Part shown: piece after piece, positions 13,290 through 26,194 of the stretch
Layout: each line of letters begins with the position of its first letter
How positions within the stretch are numbered: position 1 is the first letter of the stretch
Source: Carcharhinus amblyrhynchos
Lineage: Eukaryota
Length of the DNA: 64,000 bases
Direction of reading: 5' to 3'
Assembly: GCA_965287045.1 (NCBI GenBank)
Contig: OZ336878.1
Coordinates: forward strand, 53,134,001-53,198,000
Notes under the pieces: model-generated
What the model was told of the DNA's origin: nothing
Seen by the model: only the letters and a program-made list of their open reading frames with translations
Databases searched by the model: none
Position numbers and translations under genes: made by a program

Positions 13290-14062
13290 TAATGAAGTTC
13301 AGAATGCACTACTGAAATGGCCAGGTGGCAGATTAAATTAAGTACAGAGAAGTGTGAAGTGATAAATTTTGGTAGAAGAATGAGAAGAGGCAATATAAAG
13401 TGTACCATTTTAAAGGGGGATACAGATCTTTGAAGGTGACTGGACAAGTTGTGAAGTTGTTTGTTATTAAAAAAGTGTATGAAATTCTTGGCTTTAGCAA
13501 TTGTGGCAAAGAGTACAAAATAAAAAATGCTAAACCTCTAAAATACTGGTTAAGCATCAGTTAGAAAGGTGTCAGTTTACCACATTGTAAGAAGGATATA
13601 GTAGTCAAGGGTGCAGAAGAGACTTACTGAGATGATATCAAGGGTGAGGGATTTCAGTTATGTGAACAGAATGAAAAAGCTAGAATTATTCTCCTTGGAG
13701 CAGGAAAGGCTAATAGGACATTTGATAGAGGTGTTCAGAATTATGAATGGTATTTATTAGAGTAAATAAGGAAAAATGATTTCCAGTAGCAAAGGGGCAG
13801 TAACCAGAGGCTTGAGATTAAAGATGACAGACAAAAGAGCAAGGAGCAACATTTTTAGACAGCAAGTCATTGCGACTTGGCCTTTGTTGCTTGAAAAGAT
13901 TTAATAGTAACTTTCAAAAGGGAATTTGGTAAATACTTGGACAGAAAATATTTACAGGGCCGTGAGGAAAGAACAGGGGAGTGAGATAATAGCTTGAAAG
14001 AGCCAGTGCAGATAATTAAATGGCCTCTTTCTGTAGTGTTTTGGTGCGTGATTCTATGAAAT
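13290..14062 (+). mobile_element. Degraded CR1 3' fragment
   Basis: WQIKxSTEKCEVINFGR remnant and CR1 tail (aaatggcctctttctgtagtg...attctatg). Confidence 0.75.
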
Positions 14063-14900
14063 GCCATCTCATTTGCTTAGTGATATTATGCTTTGTGATT
14101 TGATCCCATTCTGATACGAGAGGAAAGTTGGAGTAATAGGAGAACATTAGTGCTTGTGAACCCTAAATTACTCCATAGGCATAATTTCGCCAAAGTTCTA
14201 TTTCGGCCAGCAAAAATAAACATCAGGGAAATGGAGCAAGTCGAGAGGCTTTATTTCAATGTATTTTAAAATGTAGGTGCTGCTTTGATATTTATTTTGT
14301 ATCAGCGCATACAGGAAACTAATGTAAAACTGCAAATTACAGGTGGAATGGTGTGAATTTGAAACATTACCTTGTTTGAATGTCACAATCTAATATCTGA
14401 GGTTATTGCTTATCTGCAATAACTATCTGATAAATTGGGAAATAATAATTGGCACATTCTAGACTTCAATCTGATGGCAACAATTATTGGATATTAATAT
14501 GACTTGCTAGCAGAGTTTAGTAGCAAAAGTGGAATACTGCAGTGGTGAAATACAACTGATGTGTACAATTGATGTTTTCTTGGCACTTTTTATTCAAAAA
14601 TAATCATGCTGCATCTATTTCCCTTTGAAGCAAATAAGAAACTGAGAGCTGTGTCAGTGTTCCTGACAGAGTTTCATTCCAGGGAACAGAAAGACAAAGA
14701 ATCTAAAATATCCTTGGGGCAGTGCGAATAGGTTGAGGAATTCCAAAGACTTATGGTGTTAGTGAGTTTCTGCTGGTGTACAAAGTGGCCTAGGTTTACT
14801 TGTGTCTGAAATGGCATGAATACTTAAGTCTTTAGAGAGACAACTGGAGTGCTCTTTTAAATGTATAAATAGATATCTATACTTTTAAGATTGTAACAAA

Positions 14901-14906
14901 AATAAA
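14901..14906 (+). terminator. Candidate distal polyadenylation signal of PRKAB2
   Basis: AATAAA followed about 25 nt later by the GT-rich element ggtattgtgttgtc. Confidence 0.45.
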
Positions 14907-15947
14907 GTAACTGAGCTTATTAAAAGAATTGGTATTGTGTTGTCTTCACCTGATCTCCTCCTATCTTGCCTATAACTATCTTCTCTTTCTACCCTCCCCC
15001 AACCACCACATACACACACAATTAAGATATTTTTATTGTTAAAGTATTGACAGTTCACATAAATTTACAAGGATGCTACATTTTTCTCATCAAGGGCTTA
15101 AAGGGAAGGGTGAATTTGATAGATATAGGACTTCGACAAATGCTGGAAATTAAAATAGTCGCTACTTCCGAGTGTTTAGTAATTCAGTGCCTCTATTTTC
15201 AATGCAGATAAATGTTATTTAAAAGATTCTCATAACTTTATGGTACAAGTGCAGTTAGGAGCAAAGAACATGGAAATATTGTTTTTAACTATATTAGAGA
15301 AAAGATCAGAAGTTGACTGATGCAACCATGTAAACATTAACAGATTTAAGTGTATCTAAAAAACTAAATGTACATTTTTAGAATCATTTTCTGCTCATTC
15401 TCACCAATTAACCTCCATTGCAATGTCCTAAATGAGCTCTGCTCATCTGCCTCAATTCTCACCTGTGTCACAGCAATGCAGGCTTAAGGCATTTATGAAC
15501 TTGAACTAAGTTGAAAAGTTTCAACAGAAGCCTCATCTGGTATTTCTGGTGCAGGTATGTACTAAAGATCTTATTCTGGCTAATACTCATTGAAAAATAC
15601 TTGAGTAGAGATACCAATGATTAGCAGAATTGCTACATTCTTTGGTCACTGATTTCATGATTTATTTATTTATATTCCAAATGGCTGCAGCATTACAAGT
15701 CTATCCTCCAATATATTAACAGTCAGTGTGTAACCTGGGAAATGTGGATTGGAGCGACAACCTGACATTTTTGGAAACTATCCAGTATAATCAGGTACGA
15801 ATATCAAGAGATAAGCAGTTTGGCACAGACTGACTAATCAGATTGAGGACTTTTCTATTTATCCCACAAGTTACGTGAGTGTTAGTTTTAAAAATTCTTA
15901 AAGCGCTAAGGAGAGAGAAGTCAAACGGGCATTGAGCATTTAATATT

Positions 15948-15953
15948 TTTATT
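15948..15953 (-). terminator. Candidate polyadenylation signal of PDE4DIP
   Basis: AATAAA on - at the end of an AU-rich 3'UTR-like stretch, with a pyrimidine-rich tract downstream. Confidence 0.4.
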
Positions 15954-17504
15954 ATTTGGACCATTAAATGAAAACAAATTATTGTTTCAAACATTAAATG
16001 CACATCTTTTAGATTTTCACAGAATTACTTTTTCCCAAAACAATCCAGGAAATGCACCACTTTTCATTTCCCAGAACTGTGTCATACACACATTGCTACG
16101 CTCTATCATACAAATGAATGTATATACACCGGGAAAATATATACAGCCTGAAAGAGGAACACTATATAATCATTATATACGCTTTGTACAGTATACAGCT
16201 GTGCCTTAGGGACACCTATTGCATCATCACCTTTTGTAACCTATAATGTTTCAAAATAAACCATTTACAGGCTACTAAATGCAGGAACCCTATGATTTCT
16301 ACCAAACGTCAGTGATCAATGATCATTTCCTTAGACCACGAAAAAGAACTTCTGCCGTTTTCTCAATGGATTTCCTGAGGAGCAAACCCAGTACTCCTTG
16401 ATCCCTGGCTTATTTTAACTTAATTACACAATGACCATGCAAAACAGAAATGAAAAACACATGCGGCACAAAGCTTCGGCACTACTATTTACTGATTATT
16501 CAAGATGTTTATAAGCCTGTTCACGTGTGTGTAAGATGCACAAAAGCATACATACACACCACATATTTGCCACCAAGGTGTGTATATACAGCTCAGGCAA
16601 AAAACCAGTGCTAAATTTATCTACTATTTCTAATAGTGTACAATAGAAAATACAAAGTAATCCAGCCCTATCTTGTCTTAACTCTGTACCGTACTCTCAC
16701 CCACCATGCTACATTATTAAATCAGAAAGCTGTATCATAACAATGTTCAAGATGCTCGATACTGTTGTTGAGGCTTATAAATATAATTTTGTCTTATTCC
16801 AGTGCTTGATAAAACTAATATAGCAGCAGTTGGCTGCAAATGGCAAACTTATTGCACATTCTTTCTTATGACTATGTTTGGTGAACATTTTATTCAGTAG
16901 CAAATGTTGTTAGGATGAATATTTTTCTGTTTTAAATTGCACAAACTCATACAAGGACATTCACCAAAGCTATCATTTTGGCTCAGTGTTTCTCGATCTG
17001 GCATATATTATATTTTAATGTGATCACAAATGCATTTATATTAATATATATTGTAGCTCTTGACCAGGATTTTTCTTGCATGTGGAGACAGCCAAAATTT
17101 ATTACCTTTTAACCTTTCTCACTAGGCCCTAAAGCTTTTAGGTAATGTTGTAAACAAGTCTGCAAGGCTCTTAGCCTTTGCCGGGGGGGGGGAACAAAAG
17201 ATGGCAAGTTTGTTTGATGAATAACTCTACCCACAAGTACAAGACTTCCCGTTTCAAATTTTTGCACAAGACAGGAAAATTAATCAGCTATTCATTGTTT
17301 TATACAGCATAATCAAGAAGTTACTGTTAAGTTTGGATTATGCAGAATAGTTCTTTCTGGAAACACAAAAGATGTCATTTACTTGTGTTTTCAAATGCTG
17401 TTGTACTAAATTATTTTTGTAGGATAAGATTCCAATATTGTTGTGTATTTTGTTTTGAAAAGGGCAAAGAGGTAACTGCTTCAGTAGTTTGCTACATTTC
17501 TGAC

Positions 17505-17644
17505 TTAAACCAGGTTGGGACCATATCTTTCATCCTTCCCAGACAGTGAACTTTGACTCCGACTTCTTGCTTCAGCTTTTGGAAAAATGGGATTCATGAA
17601 GTTCCAGTTTCCGGGACAGCTGTAACCAAGCTTTGAGATTTCTG
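17505..17644 (-). CDS. PDE4DIP: Putative terminal exon of PDE4DIP, readable in two frames
   Basis: Strong acceptor (ttttttctctccaattactttttcag|CAG, NAGNAG). Phase 0 gives QKSQSLVTAVPETGTS* (stop 17594). Phase 1 gives AEISKLGYSCPGNWNFMNPIFPKAEARSRSQSSLSGKDERYGPNLV* (stop 17505). No homology support. Confidence 0.55.
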
Positions 17645-18159
17645 CTGAAAAAGTAATTGGAGAGAAAAAAAATTACCATCAACCTTCAAGGCAAGGTAAA
17701 ACATAAAAACACAAAATAATATAGTGGAATGTTTCCAATACGAACACTTTATGGTACTGGTGCAATGAATGATTATGCCAAACACAACATCTGAAACAAT
17801 TTGTCCTGTCATTGTCTTGCAAGATTTATGCAACTTGTACTGATCTGTGAATCTGAAAAATATGACCAAATGTATTATGGGACAACAGCCTGTTACAATT
17901 TTTAATTGATATTTAATCAAGAAATTTTCCCTCTTACAAAATGCAATCCCCAAGGGGCATTCCTTTTAGTTAGGCACAAAATTCTGCCCAGCTCATTTGG
18001 TAGAATCAAATAGACTGACAATCTATACCTACGCTACAGTAAGAGGTTAATCCAGGCCAAAGAATATTACTTCAAATTAACATTTTAAATTCTTGCTGCT
18101 AAACTGTGGATATTCTACTGTTTGCTAAGTATTTCAATCCCAGCAAAAACTTACCCCAT

Positions 18160-18660
18160 CTCAGAATTATTACAGCACAGAAAGAGGCCATTTGTTCCAT
18201 TGTGTCCATGTTGGCTTTGTAAAAGTAGCTCATCTCATCTCTCCACTCCCCTCCCCTGCCTTTTCTTACTATCCCTCCAAATTTTTCTTTTCAGGTGATT
18301 TCCAGTTCTCTTTTGAATAGCACAGAATCTGCTTCTACCAATGGAATTAGAAAATTATCTATGCTGTTATTTATAAAATTCAGGATCCCATATGCTTTAT
18401 TAACTTCTTTCTCAAACTGCCCTCAATGATTTGCGCAGATATACCCCAGATCTCTCTACTCCGCCTTTAGAATTTATTACCACTGACCAAAATGTATCGC
18501 TTCACACTTTCTGCAATAAATTATATTGGCCACATGTCTGCCTATTCCACCAGCCTATGTTATCTTGAAGTTTATCATCATCTTCCATAGTTCACAATAC
18601 TTCCAAGTTTGTGTTATCTGCAAATTTTGAAGGGTCAGTAACCAAAGTACTCAGATTTAA
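18160..18660 (-). mobile_element. Old CR1 fragment
   Basis: KFADNT motif and CR1 tail remnant. Confidence 0.6.
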
Positions 18661-18671
18661 GTATTTGCCTG

Positions 18672-19642
18672 AAGAACACATAAGAAATAGGAGCAGGAGT
18701 AGGCCATCTAGCCCTTCGAGCCTGCCCTGCCATTCAATAAGATCATGGCTGATCTGAAGTGGATCAGTTCCAATTTCCTGCTTTCTCCCCATAACCCTTG
18801 TCTGTCAAAAACCTATTTACCCATGACTGAAATACATTTAGCGAGGTAGCCTCCACCACTTCAATGGGCAGACAATGCCAGAGATTCACCACCCTTTGAG
18901 TGAAGACGTTCCTCCTCAACTCTGCTCTAAACTGACCCCCTCCCCCCACCCCTTATCTTGAGGCTGTGCCCTCTGGTCCTGCTATCCTTTCTAAGCGGGA
19001 AGAATCTCTCTACTGCTGCCCTATCCATCCCTTTCATTATCTTATACGTCTCTATCCCCCCCTCATCCTTCTAAACTCCAGCGACTACAGACCCAGTCTA
19101 TTTAGTCTCTCTTTATAGTCCAACCCCCTCATCTCCGGTATCAGCCTAGTGAACCTCCTCTGCACTACCTCTAAGGCCAAAATATCCTTGCGCAAGTGCA
19201 GCGACCAAAACTGCACACAGTACTCCAGCTGTGGCCTCACCAGGACCCTGTACAGTTGCAGCAAGACCTCCCTGCTTTTATATTCTAGCCCCTTCGCTAT
19301 AAAGGCCAACATACCATTTGCCTTCTTGATCACCTGCTGCACCTGCAGACTGGGTTTTTGCAACACATGCACAAAGACCCCCCGGTCCCTCTGCACTGCA
19401 GCATGCTGCAGCTTTTCTCCCTTTAAATAGTAATCCCTCCTACTATTATTGCTACCAAAGTGGATAACCTCACACTTGCTAACATTGTACTCCATCTGCC
19501 AGGTCCTCGCCCACTCGCTCAGCCTATCCAGATCCCTCTGTAGACTTTCCACACCCGCGCAATTTGCTTTTTCACTCATCTTCGTGTCATCAGCAAATTT
19601 TGTCACCCTACACTCAGCCCCCTCCTCCAGATCATCTATATA
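18672..19642 (-). mobile_element. Young CR1 LINE 3' fragment (RT YIDD to 3'UTR)
   Basis: ORF 19085-19681 YIDDLEEG...KFADDTK...RPQLEYCVQFWS; near-identical to 47430-48417. Confidence 0.95.
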
Positions 19643-20952
19643 AGACATGGAGAATGGACTGAATGGCCTCTTTCTGTGCATTATAATTCTCTCCTTAAAC
19701 CTTTGTCTCTGTAAAATGCTCCTTAAAAATCTATTCCTTGTAATACCCTCACGTGGATTAGAGTTAACTTTTATTTGATGAATCCTGTGAAAAGGCTCGA
19801 GATATTTTACTATATAAAAGGCAGTGTATAAATGCCAGTTGTTACATAATTCTATAAAACACAGTCAGATCGGAATATTTGTAATAGACTTATAACAATC
19901 AACAAAATACTTGGAACATAGAATGAGACTTACTATGATTGCCACGTGCATTGGCATCATAGATGGGAAACTGCTATTTCACTATTCCTAGACAGTTTAA
20001 ACAAACTGCGTGGAAATGTAAACACTAAATCAGGCTCCACAATGCATTCATTATAATAGTAATGATATGGAGTTGCTAGCGTTGGACTGGGGTAGGCACA
20101 GTAATACTGTAACAGTAGATCAATCAATGATATTCTCCCTACGGCAGACAGCTATTTTAAACCATCTGTTATATGTATTGAATTATTTTTGTATGCAGCT
20201 GTCTATCCCACATCCTATCGTAAGCTAAAACTATAGTAGATGAAAAATATTCTCAGAGCAATTTAGCAGTTCTTGTTGTTTCCATGTTATTATACTTAAA
20301 ACCGGACTAACAGCTGCAAGAGACAGTGGGTAATAAACAGCTGAAAAAGTCCATTTAATCCCATAAGTTAGCATTACTTGTAGCGAACAGGGTGCAGCAC
20401 TTGATTACTCCATATGTTGGACATCACAAGCATTGATATGTCTGTATAGCCTCCTCCCTATTCTGTACTTTTCAATACTTAGACTGAAGCCAAATCTTTA
20501 GGCTTTGGTGATATTTAAGAATAACTTAATTTCTATTGTATCCATTAGTACAGTTGTAGTCAGAAATGCTGTTCTAACATGTCTGAGTTTTCATTTGCAG
20601 TCTACTTACAGGTTAATGATATTGCAGTGTCAGGGGCATTTATATATAATTGGAATTATGACGTACAATAAAAAGTTGGGTGTGTAAATCCAGTGTCACC
20701 TGAACATCTGTTTTGTAATCATTCCCAAATATTTGAATGGCCATAAAAACATTTTCAGATGTTAACAGGGACTTTACATAATAAAAGCACTTTTTGTGAA
20801 TGGATGAGTTTAAGAACTATTAGATGCAAATGGCAGAAAATAGAGGTGATTCATGCAGCGGTTTTGCAAGCAGCAGTGTTAACAGTCAGTGAAGAGGCAA
20901 CAGCAGTCTGGCCTTCCATGGCGCATGCTAATACTAATGTATCATTACCAAC

Positions 20953-21004
20953 CTTTGCTGTCATTCAGGGAGGTATTTACACCAGAAATTGTGCAATCAT
21001 TCAC
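20953..21004 (-). CDS. PDE4DIP: Putative 52-nt cassette exon of PDE4DIP
   Basis: Very long pyrimidine tract (about 21007-21070) plus AG; VNDCTISGVNTSLNDSK-G|gttggt; UGCAUG at 20852-20857 downstream. Confidence 0.5.
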
Positions 21005-21217
21005 CTGAACAGACTCACAAAAGAGACAAAGGACACACAGGGAACAGAAAGTCAGAAAGGAGCAACAACAGGTTCTGGCTAGGAAAGTAAACATCCTGGT
21101 TCAACAAATTCAGACTCCACTGAACCTGCCCCTTGACATATCTGCACTGATGGTACTTTGGGCAGCACCACAATTTATTTTTCTATGAACAAGACAGACT
21201 TACTTTTCATTGGTTCA

Positions 21218-21385
21218 AGAATCATAGAATCCTACAGTGCAGGAGGCCATTTGGCTCATCGCGTCTGCATTGAGCATAATCCCATCCCAGGCCCTATTTC
21301 TACAGTCCCACACATTTACCCCACTAATGCATCTAATCTACACATTCCCAGGACACTAAGAGGCACCTAACCCGCACATCTTTGG
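21218..21385 (-). mobile_element. HE1-like SINE 3' fragment
   Basis: Matches the 3' half of the SINEs at 40453 and 62396. Confidence 0.75.
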
Positions 21386-22194
21386 AACAATATGTTCTAC
21401 TCTTCATGTGTTCTCCTCCTGTTTCTTATATTCAATTTATTTTCTTTCCAAAGGGAGGACTACATTTCTCTGCTTGAATCTCTTATATGGAGAAGATTCC
21501 CAATTGTAATGATAAAATCATTTTTTTTCCCATATTTCCTTCAATACTATCATCAAGTTGTTGATTCATACTGATGTCTAGTTCTTGCGTGAAGTACCAG
21601 AGGGTCTCTAGTCCCCAAAGTGTTCAGTTGTCAAATGCAAATCCAGGCTGTATATGTGGGCAGATTCTTAGACCCAGGCTACAGAGAGGTTCATGAAGCC
21701 AGGCCCAGGATTGTCCTCCCCTAATATCCATGTGTATATATAGATCAGTAGGGATCAACTGATGGCAACAAGTGGAAAAGGTGGCTAAAATTCCTCTCCT
21801 TGACTTAGGTGTGAGGAGAATTGTGAGACTCCATTCTCCAACCTAGTGGAGATCAGATAACAGCACAAACCAGCAAATAAATAATTCTTGGAATTTCCTG
21901 GTTTGTGTGGTTTGAATGAACATTCAATTTATGACCTGCATTAGGGAGGACAGCAACACAAGACTTCAGATTAGATTATCAGCTGGTAATCCTTTTTTTC
22001 TCTATTAGACCCAATGGACAAAAATATCTTTGCATAGAGGCATTTTGAGATTAAAATCAAACTATCATTTTGCCAAAAGCTGTACAAGTATAGTTTTCTA
22101 AGAGTTAAAAGCTTGAAGCTCAGCTCTTCATTTTAAACAGATATAGCCATACACTGACCTCTGTAATTAATTGGTTCATTAAAAAAAACTTTGT

Positions 22195-22242
22195 TCAGTT
22201 TTTCTGGTCTACCAAAGAAGGCAAATGCAAGGTGTTATTTGT
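22195..22242 (-). CDS. PDE4DIP: Putative alternative stop-containing exon of PDE4DIP
   Basis: ttttctttccccag|TNNTLHLPSLVDQKN-TGA, in phase 0 after the 22759 exon. Possible donor gtcagt at 22158. Confidence 0.45.
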   Translation of the reverse strand, partial: TNNTLHLPSLVDQKN

Positions 22243-22758
22243 CTGGGGAAAGAAAACAAAGCAAAATGGAGAGCAAGACAAATGAAATCACAGGCCACTA
22301 TTGTCACCTCTGAGTAGATAGTTATTGGGTTACATCCCATTGTAATCAGCAAATAATGATGGTGAGCAAAAGAGAAAAGACAATTAAGGTTTAGTTTATT
22401 CTGGATTGTCCTGGAACGCTGAGTGGTTCTGTGAACATATTCAGTTTGGGTACAGGTTTATATCTATAAGTTATCACGTACCAAGCAAACTAATCTCAAT
22501 GTTGCTAGCAGGAAGTAGTGTTACGTACTTAAGGCGATCTTGGAAGTATTTGGGATCAGGCCTAAAAATGAGGTGATGTCTCAAAAAAAGATATTTACAC
22601 CACTTTACTAATTACATTTGATCCATAGTGATGGTACACATTCCATTACAGAGTTTTGTTCTAATTAATGTGTTTGCCTTTATCAGGAAAAAAGGAACAC
22701 GTTTACAAGACCTTTTTAATAGCTGCTCCAATTCCACACCATTCTAGTGTAAACTTAC

Positions 22759-22805
22759 CTCTAAATTACTCCTTGCCTTCTTCAGAACATCATGTGTTCT
22801 TGTCA
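22759..22805 (-). CDS. PDE4DIP: Myomegalin exon, conserved C-terminal (CM2-like) motif
   Basis: tttttttcag|...|gtaagt; LTRTHDVLKKARSNLE (human, from recall: LTRTHDVLKKARTNLE). Confidence 0.95.
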
Positions 22806-24116
22806 CTGAAAAAAAGTGTTACAGATATTATCAGATGCTGAAACACTGAAAAAACCAAGAGGTAACCACAAATATTAGTTAAACTGGTTTCACAGGATGA
22901 CAGAACTTTCATGTGTTGTACCTGAACCATGAAATGTTAATAGGCTACATGTCCGCACGGGGAACAAAATCAACTGAGTAGTCAATGATAGCAGCAGGAA
23001 TCATGACTATTTTGTTACCTTCAAAGGGGAAATAAATACCTTCACCTGCTTGGTTTATAATTAGCTAACTAAACACAGATTCAGCCAGTTCAGTAGTTAG
23101 TTAAGTCCAGTGCAAGCTCGTGGAAGGATTGAATTAACCTGTTAGCTCATTTCAATAAATTCTCTTTACAGGATTGTATCAATGGTGCACAATTGTGCAC
23201 CAATGTGTTTAGTCACTAAAGCAGAAAGACATTTAATAATCAGGGCCTTATTTTTCTGGAGCATCAATGAGGTGGGGTTTTGGAATGGGTAGGAAGAGTT
23301 ATCATTGGGAAACCTGGACACCATGAAAGTTTAATTTTACGGCATGCATGATTTTTTTAAAATGAGTTCCCTGACAGAAGCCAGATTGATGGGCTTGGCT
23401 ACCTGTCGTACAAGGAACATTCCAGAAAAGACCACAGCCAAGGATCATGCCAGTTTTGTGAATGCGACGGTAGAGATTGTGAAATAGTGGAGCATAGTTG
23501 GGGAGGTCAGATGTAAACATGGAGCAAGATTGTAGGGAGAGATCAGGGATTGATGTGGTCATTGTTGGGGTGAGATGCTAGAGGAAACACATCTGTTTAT
23601 CATAGCCTACAAACACTACTGTAAAGGGTGATGACTCAGTCCTTCTCCTTTTACCTCAGTTCGCTGAAGCCTGGGAAACGCAGTCAGTAAGGGTTAAAGA
23701 AAGAAGCATGCAGCTTCTTTAAAAAGGTTTAATGGACATGCTTCCTGAGAGTGGATTGGTTATCTGCCAGCAATCACATTACTGTTAAAATCACAAGAAA
23801 ACAAATTCATGGCAGGCTGGCTTCCTGTTTCAGATTTTTCTGACCTCCCAATTGATTCAAACCCACCCATTTTGGAAGATAAAAAATTTCTAATCTTAAT
23901 TGTGCAGTCATCCAAATTGGCATTTTCCCTGCACAAGTGGTCAGACTCGAAGGAATGATCCTTATTCCTTGGGAATATCCTTAAGCCCTGATTTGCTGTT
24001 CACATTGGCATTCAGACATATTAAAGGGAATGAGAAACACACACCTGTAGAATAAACATGCTCTTCTGTTCGATATCTACAATATAAAGGAAACTTGAAG
24101 TATTGATTCTACATAC

Positions 24117-24255
24117 ACTGATTAACAATGAACTGTTCCATTCCTTCCTTCACTTGGTTTGTGGCCTTCAGTCGACTGATTGCATTCTGCAGCAAGCTTT
24201 CCTGTTCTGTTATCTTATTCCTCAGCCTGCAAATCTCTTCTTTCATTGACTGCTC
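24117..24255 (-). CDS. PDE4DIP: Myomegalin exon
   Basis: EQSMKEEICRLRNKITEQESLLQNAISRLKATNQVKEGMEQFIVNQ; AG/GT; phase 0 to 1. Confidence 0.93.
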
Positions 24256-26050
24256 CTGTAATAACCATAGCAACCAAATTTAAACCATGAGGGAGTTTGC
24301 ATATACCTTAAGTTGCACTGCTCCTCTTAGTTCTAACTGGATGCTACATTCTTCATTCAACTTCAGGATCTCCCAGTACATTTTATAGTCAATGAAATAT
24401 CGTGGCAAAAAGGGCACTTCTTATTTTTGCAGGAGCAGAATGGAGTCAGGCCAAAGTTTGTGCAGGCATGGTTTAAGAAGGTAGCTGGCCATTTATATCA
24501 TCAGCTTTCTCCACTGAAGTGGAATTTCAGGAGGCCAGGAGTGTGAAACCTGACATAAATAGGTTAGACCAGGTAAGAGGTGATCTGAACATTGTGGATT
24601 CATTTGGATAGCCAGGATTTCCTTTGGAGAGGTAGGGCATCCTTTGGGATTGTTAAAATTAGACATGATTGTGCATAAAAAGTTCATGAACTCAATATAA
24701 GCATAAAAGCTGGCAATGAACTATTAAAACTCATTGGAACTGTCAAAGCTGACAAGGGATTGAATTCTGGACTTTAAATGTTTAAAAAAAAGGCGTGGAG
24801 CTAAAAGAAAATCAGTGCTTGCTATTTCATTTTGCCTGTTAACATAAGGCCTAAGGTTGTCAATGTAGGATTTGTGTGAAATGACTGATTTTGCTAACTA
24901 ATAATTTTAGTGTGGATGAAGTGCCTGTTAAATGAGCAGTTTGATTGACAGCCCCAAATGGTTATAGAATAAGAAATGTTTGTTTTCATAAGAGATTACA
25001 AGTTTCACTGTGTATTGCATTTTTTAAAATCAATGTTTTGTTTTTAAATGTGACATCTTCAACAAATACAAGAGAGTCAGCATAGCTCCTGAGGTTTGTC
25101 CTGATGAATACTAGGTAAGTGGGCATGATGAGGTTAAGTGAAAAGGTGGTTAAAGGGCAATGAAGGGCCACTGGGATGAGTGGGAGTGGAGGGGTGGGGG
25201 AAGTCATTGGTTGGCGTAGGGGTTTGTGAAGTTGGGAATCTCCTTTCCCTGCACACATGATCCAGGAGTGAAAATGTGGGACTCATGTCATTATTGCCGG
25301 AAGCCAATTTGCATACAGCAGGCTCCAACAAACTGCAGTCTGATAGTGACAAGGTCATCTGTTTTAGTGGTATTGGTTAAGGGCACACTAAGACCTCCCC
25401 TGTCCCACTTCAAAATAGAATGTGATGTCCATCTAACAGAGCAGATGGCACCTCATGTTTATGGTGTCCTGTGGAAGACAGTGCAATGTCATCTTAGATT
25501 TTTGTGCTCAATTCTCTGGAGTCGGACATCAGCACATGAACCTTCTGACCCAGAGGTGACAGCTGGCACTGAGCCAGGCAACACTGCATGTGGCCCTCAG
25601 TAACTTTTTGTCCCATCTGCTCATGACCCATCCGGCTCTGGGATGTTATTGGAGACAGTATTCAGCATTTGCTCTCTAATGAGCAGAAGCTAGCCCATCA
25701 TTCTTAACGTAAATAAAAGGTCTATTCATCAACTCTTCACTGACATAATTTATATCTGGTCTTCTCAGGATGACTATTTGAGCACTGTTTTACATCACAT
25801 TATTACTGCCACATTGCAAAATTTTGAAATATAACAGATCTGCTTTCAAACCAGTCACTGGTTACAATTGCTGCCAGTGATAAAACAGTTAGTAATAATA
25901 TTGTATTGGGTCTTGCCTGAACATGATATCATAACAACTAGAACCAGAGGAGGCCTTTCAACCTGCTCCACTATTCTATGATGTTGGTTGAACAGATTGT
26001 GGCCTTTGCTCTACTTTCCTGCCTACACATCAGTGAACACAAAGGCTTAC

Positions 26051-26194
26051 CTTGTGATTATTTTGTACGGCACTATCTGGATTTGGCAGAGCTGCTCTCC
26101 AGAACATCTTCAGTAAGGAGCAGGTTTCATCCAAGATTTGACGCAAAGTATTGGTATTAGAAAACAGCTGCTTTACAGTCTGATGATCCAAATC
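26051..26194 (-). CDS. PDE4DIP: Myomegalin exon
   Basis: DLDHQTVKQLFSNTNTLRQILDETCSLLKMFWRAALPNPDSAVQNNHK; contains the conserved MFWRAALP; 144 nt. Confidence 0.94.

Noticed and set aside
17594-17953. 119-aa ORF as a gene
   Set aside because: Only the last 16 codons follow a splice acceptor; the rest is AT-rich intron.
18163-19689. Inverted ~45-bp ends resembling transposon terminal inverted repeats
   Set aside because: Both are CR1 3'-tail remnants in opposite orientation, which are common in this window.
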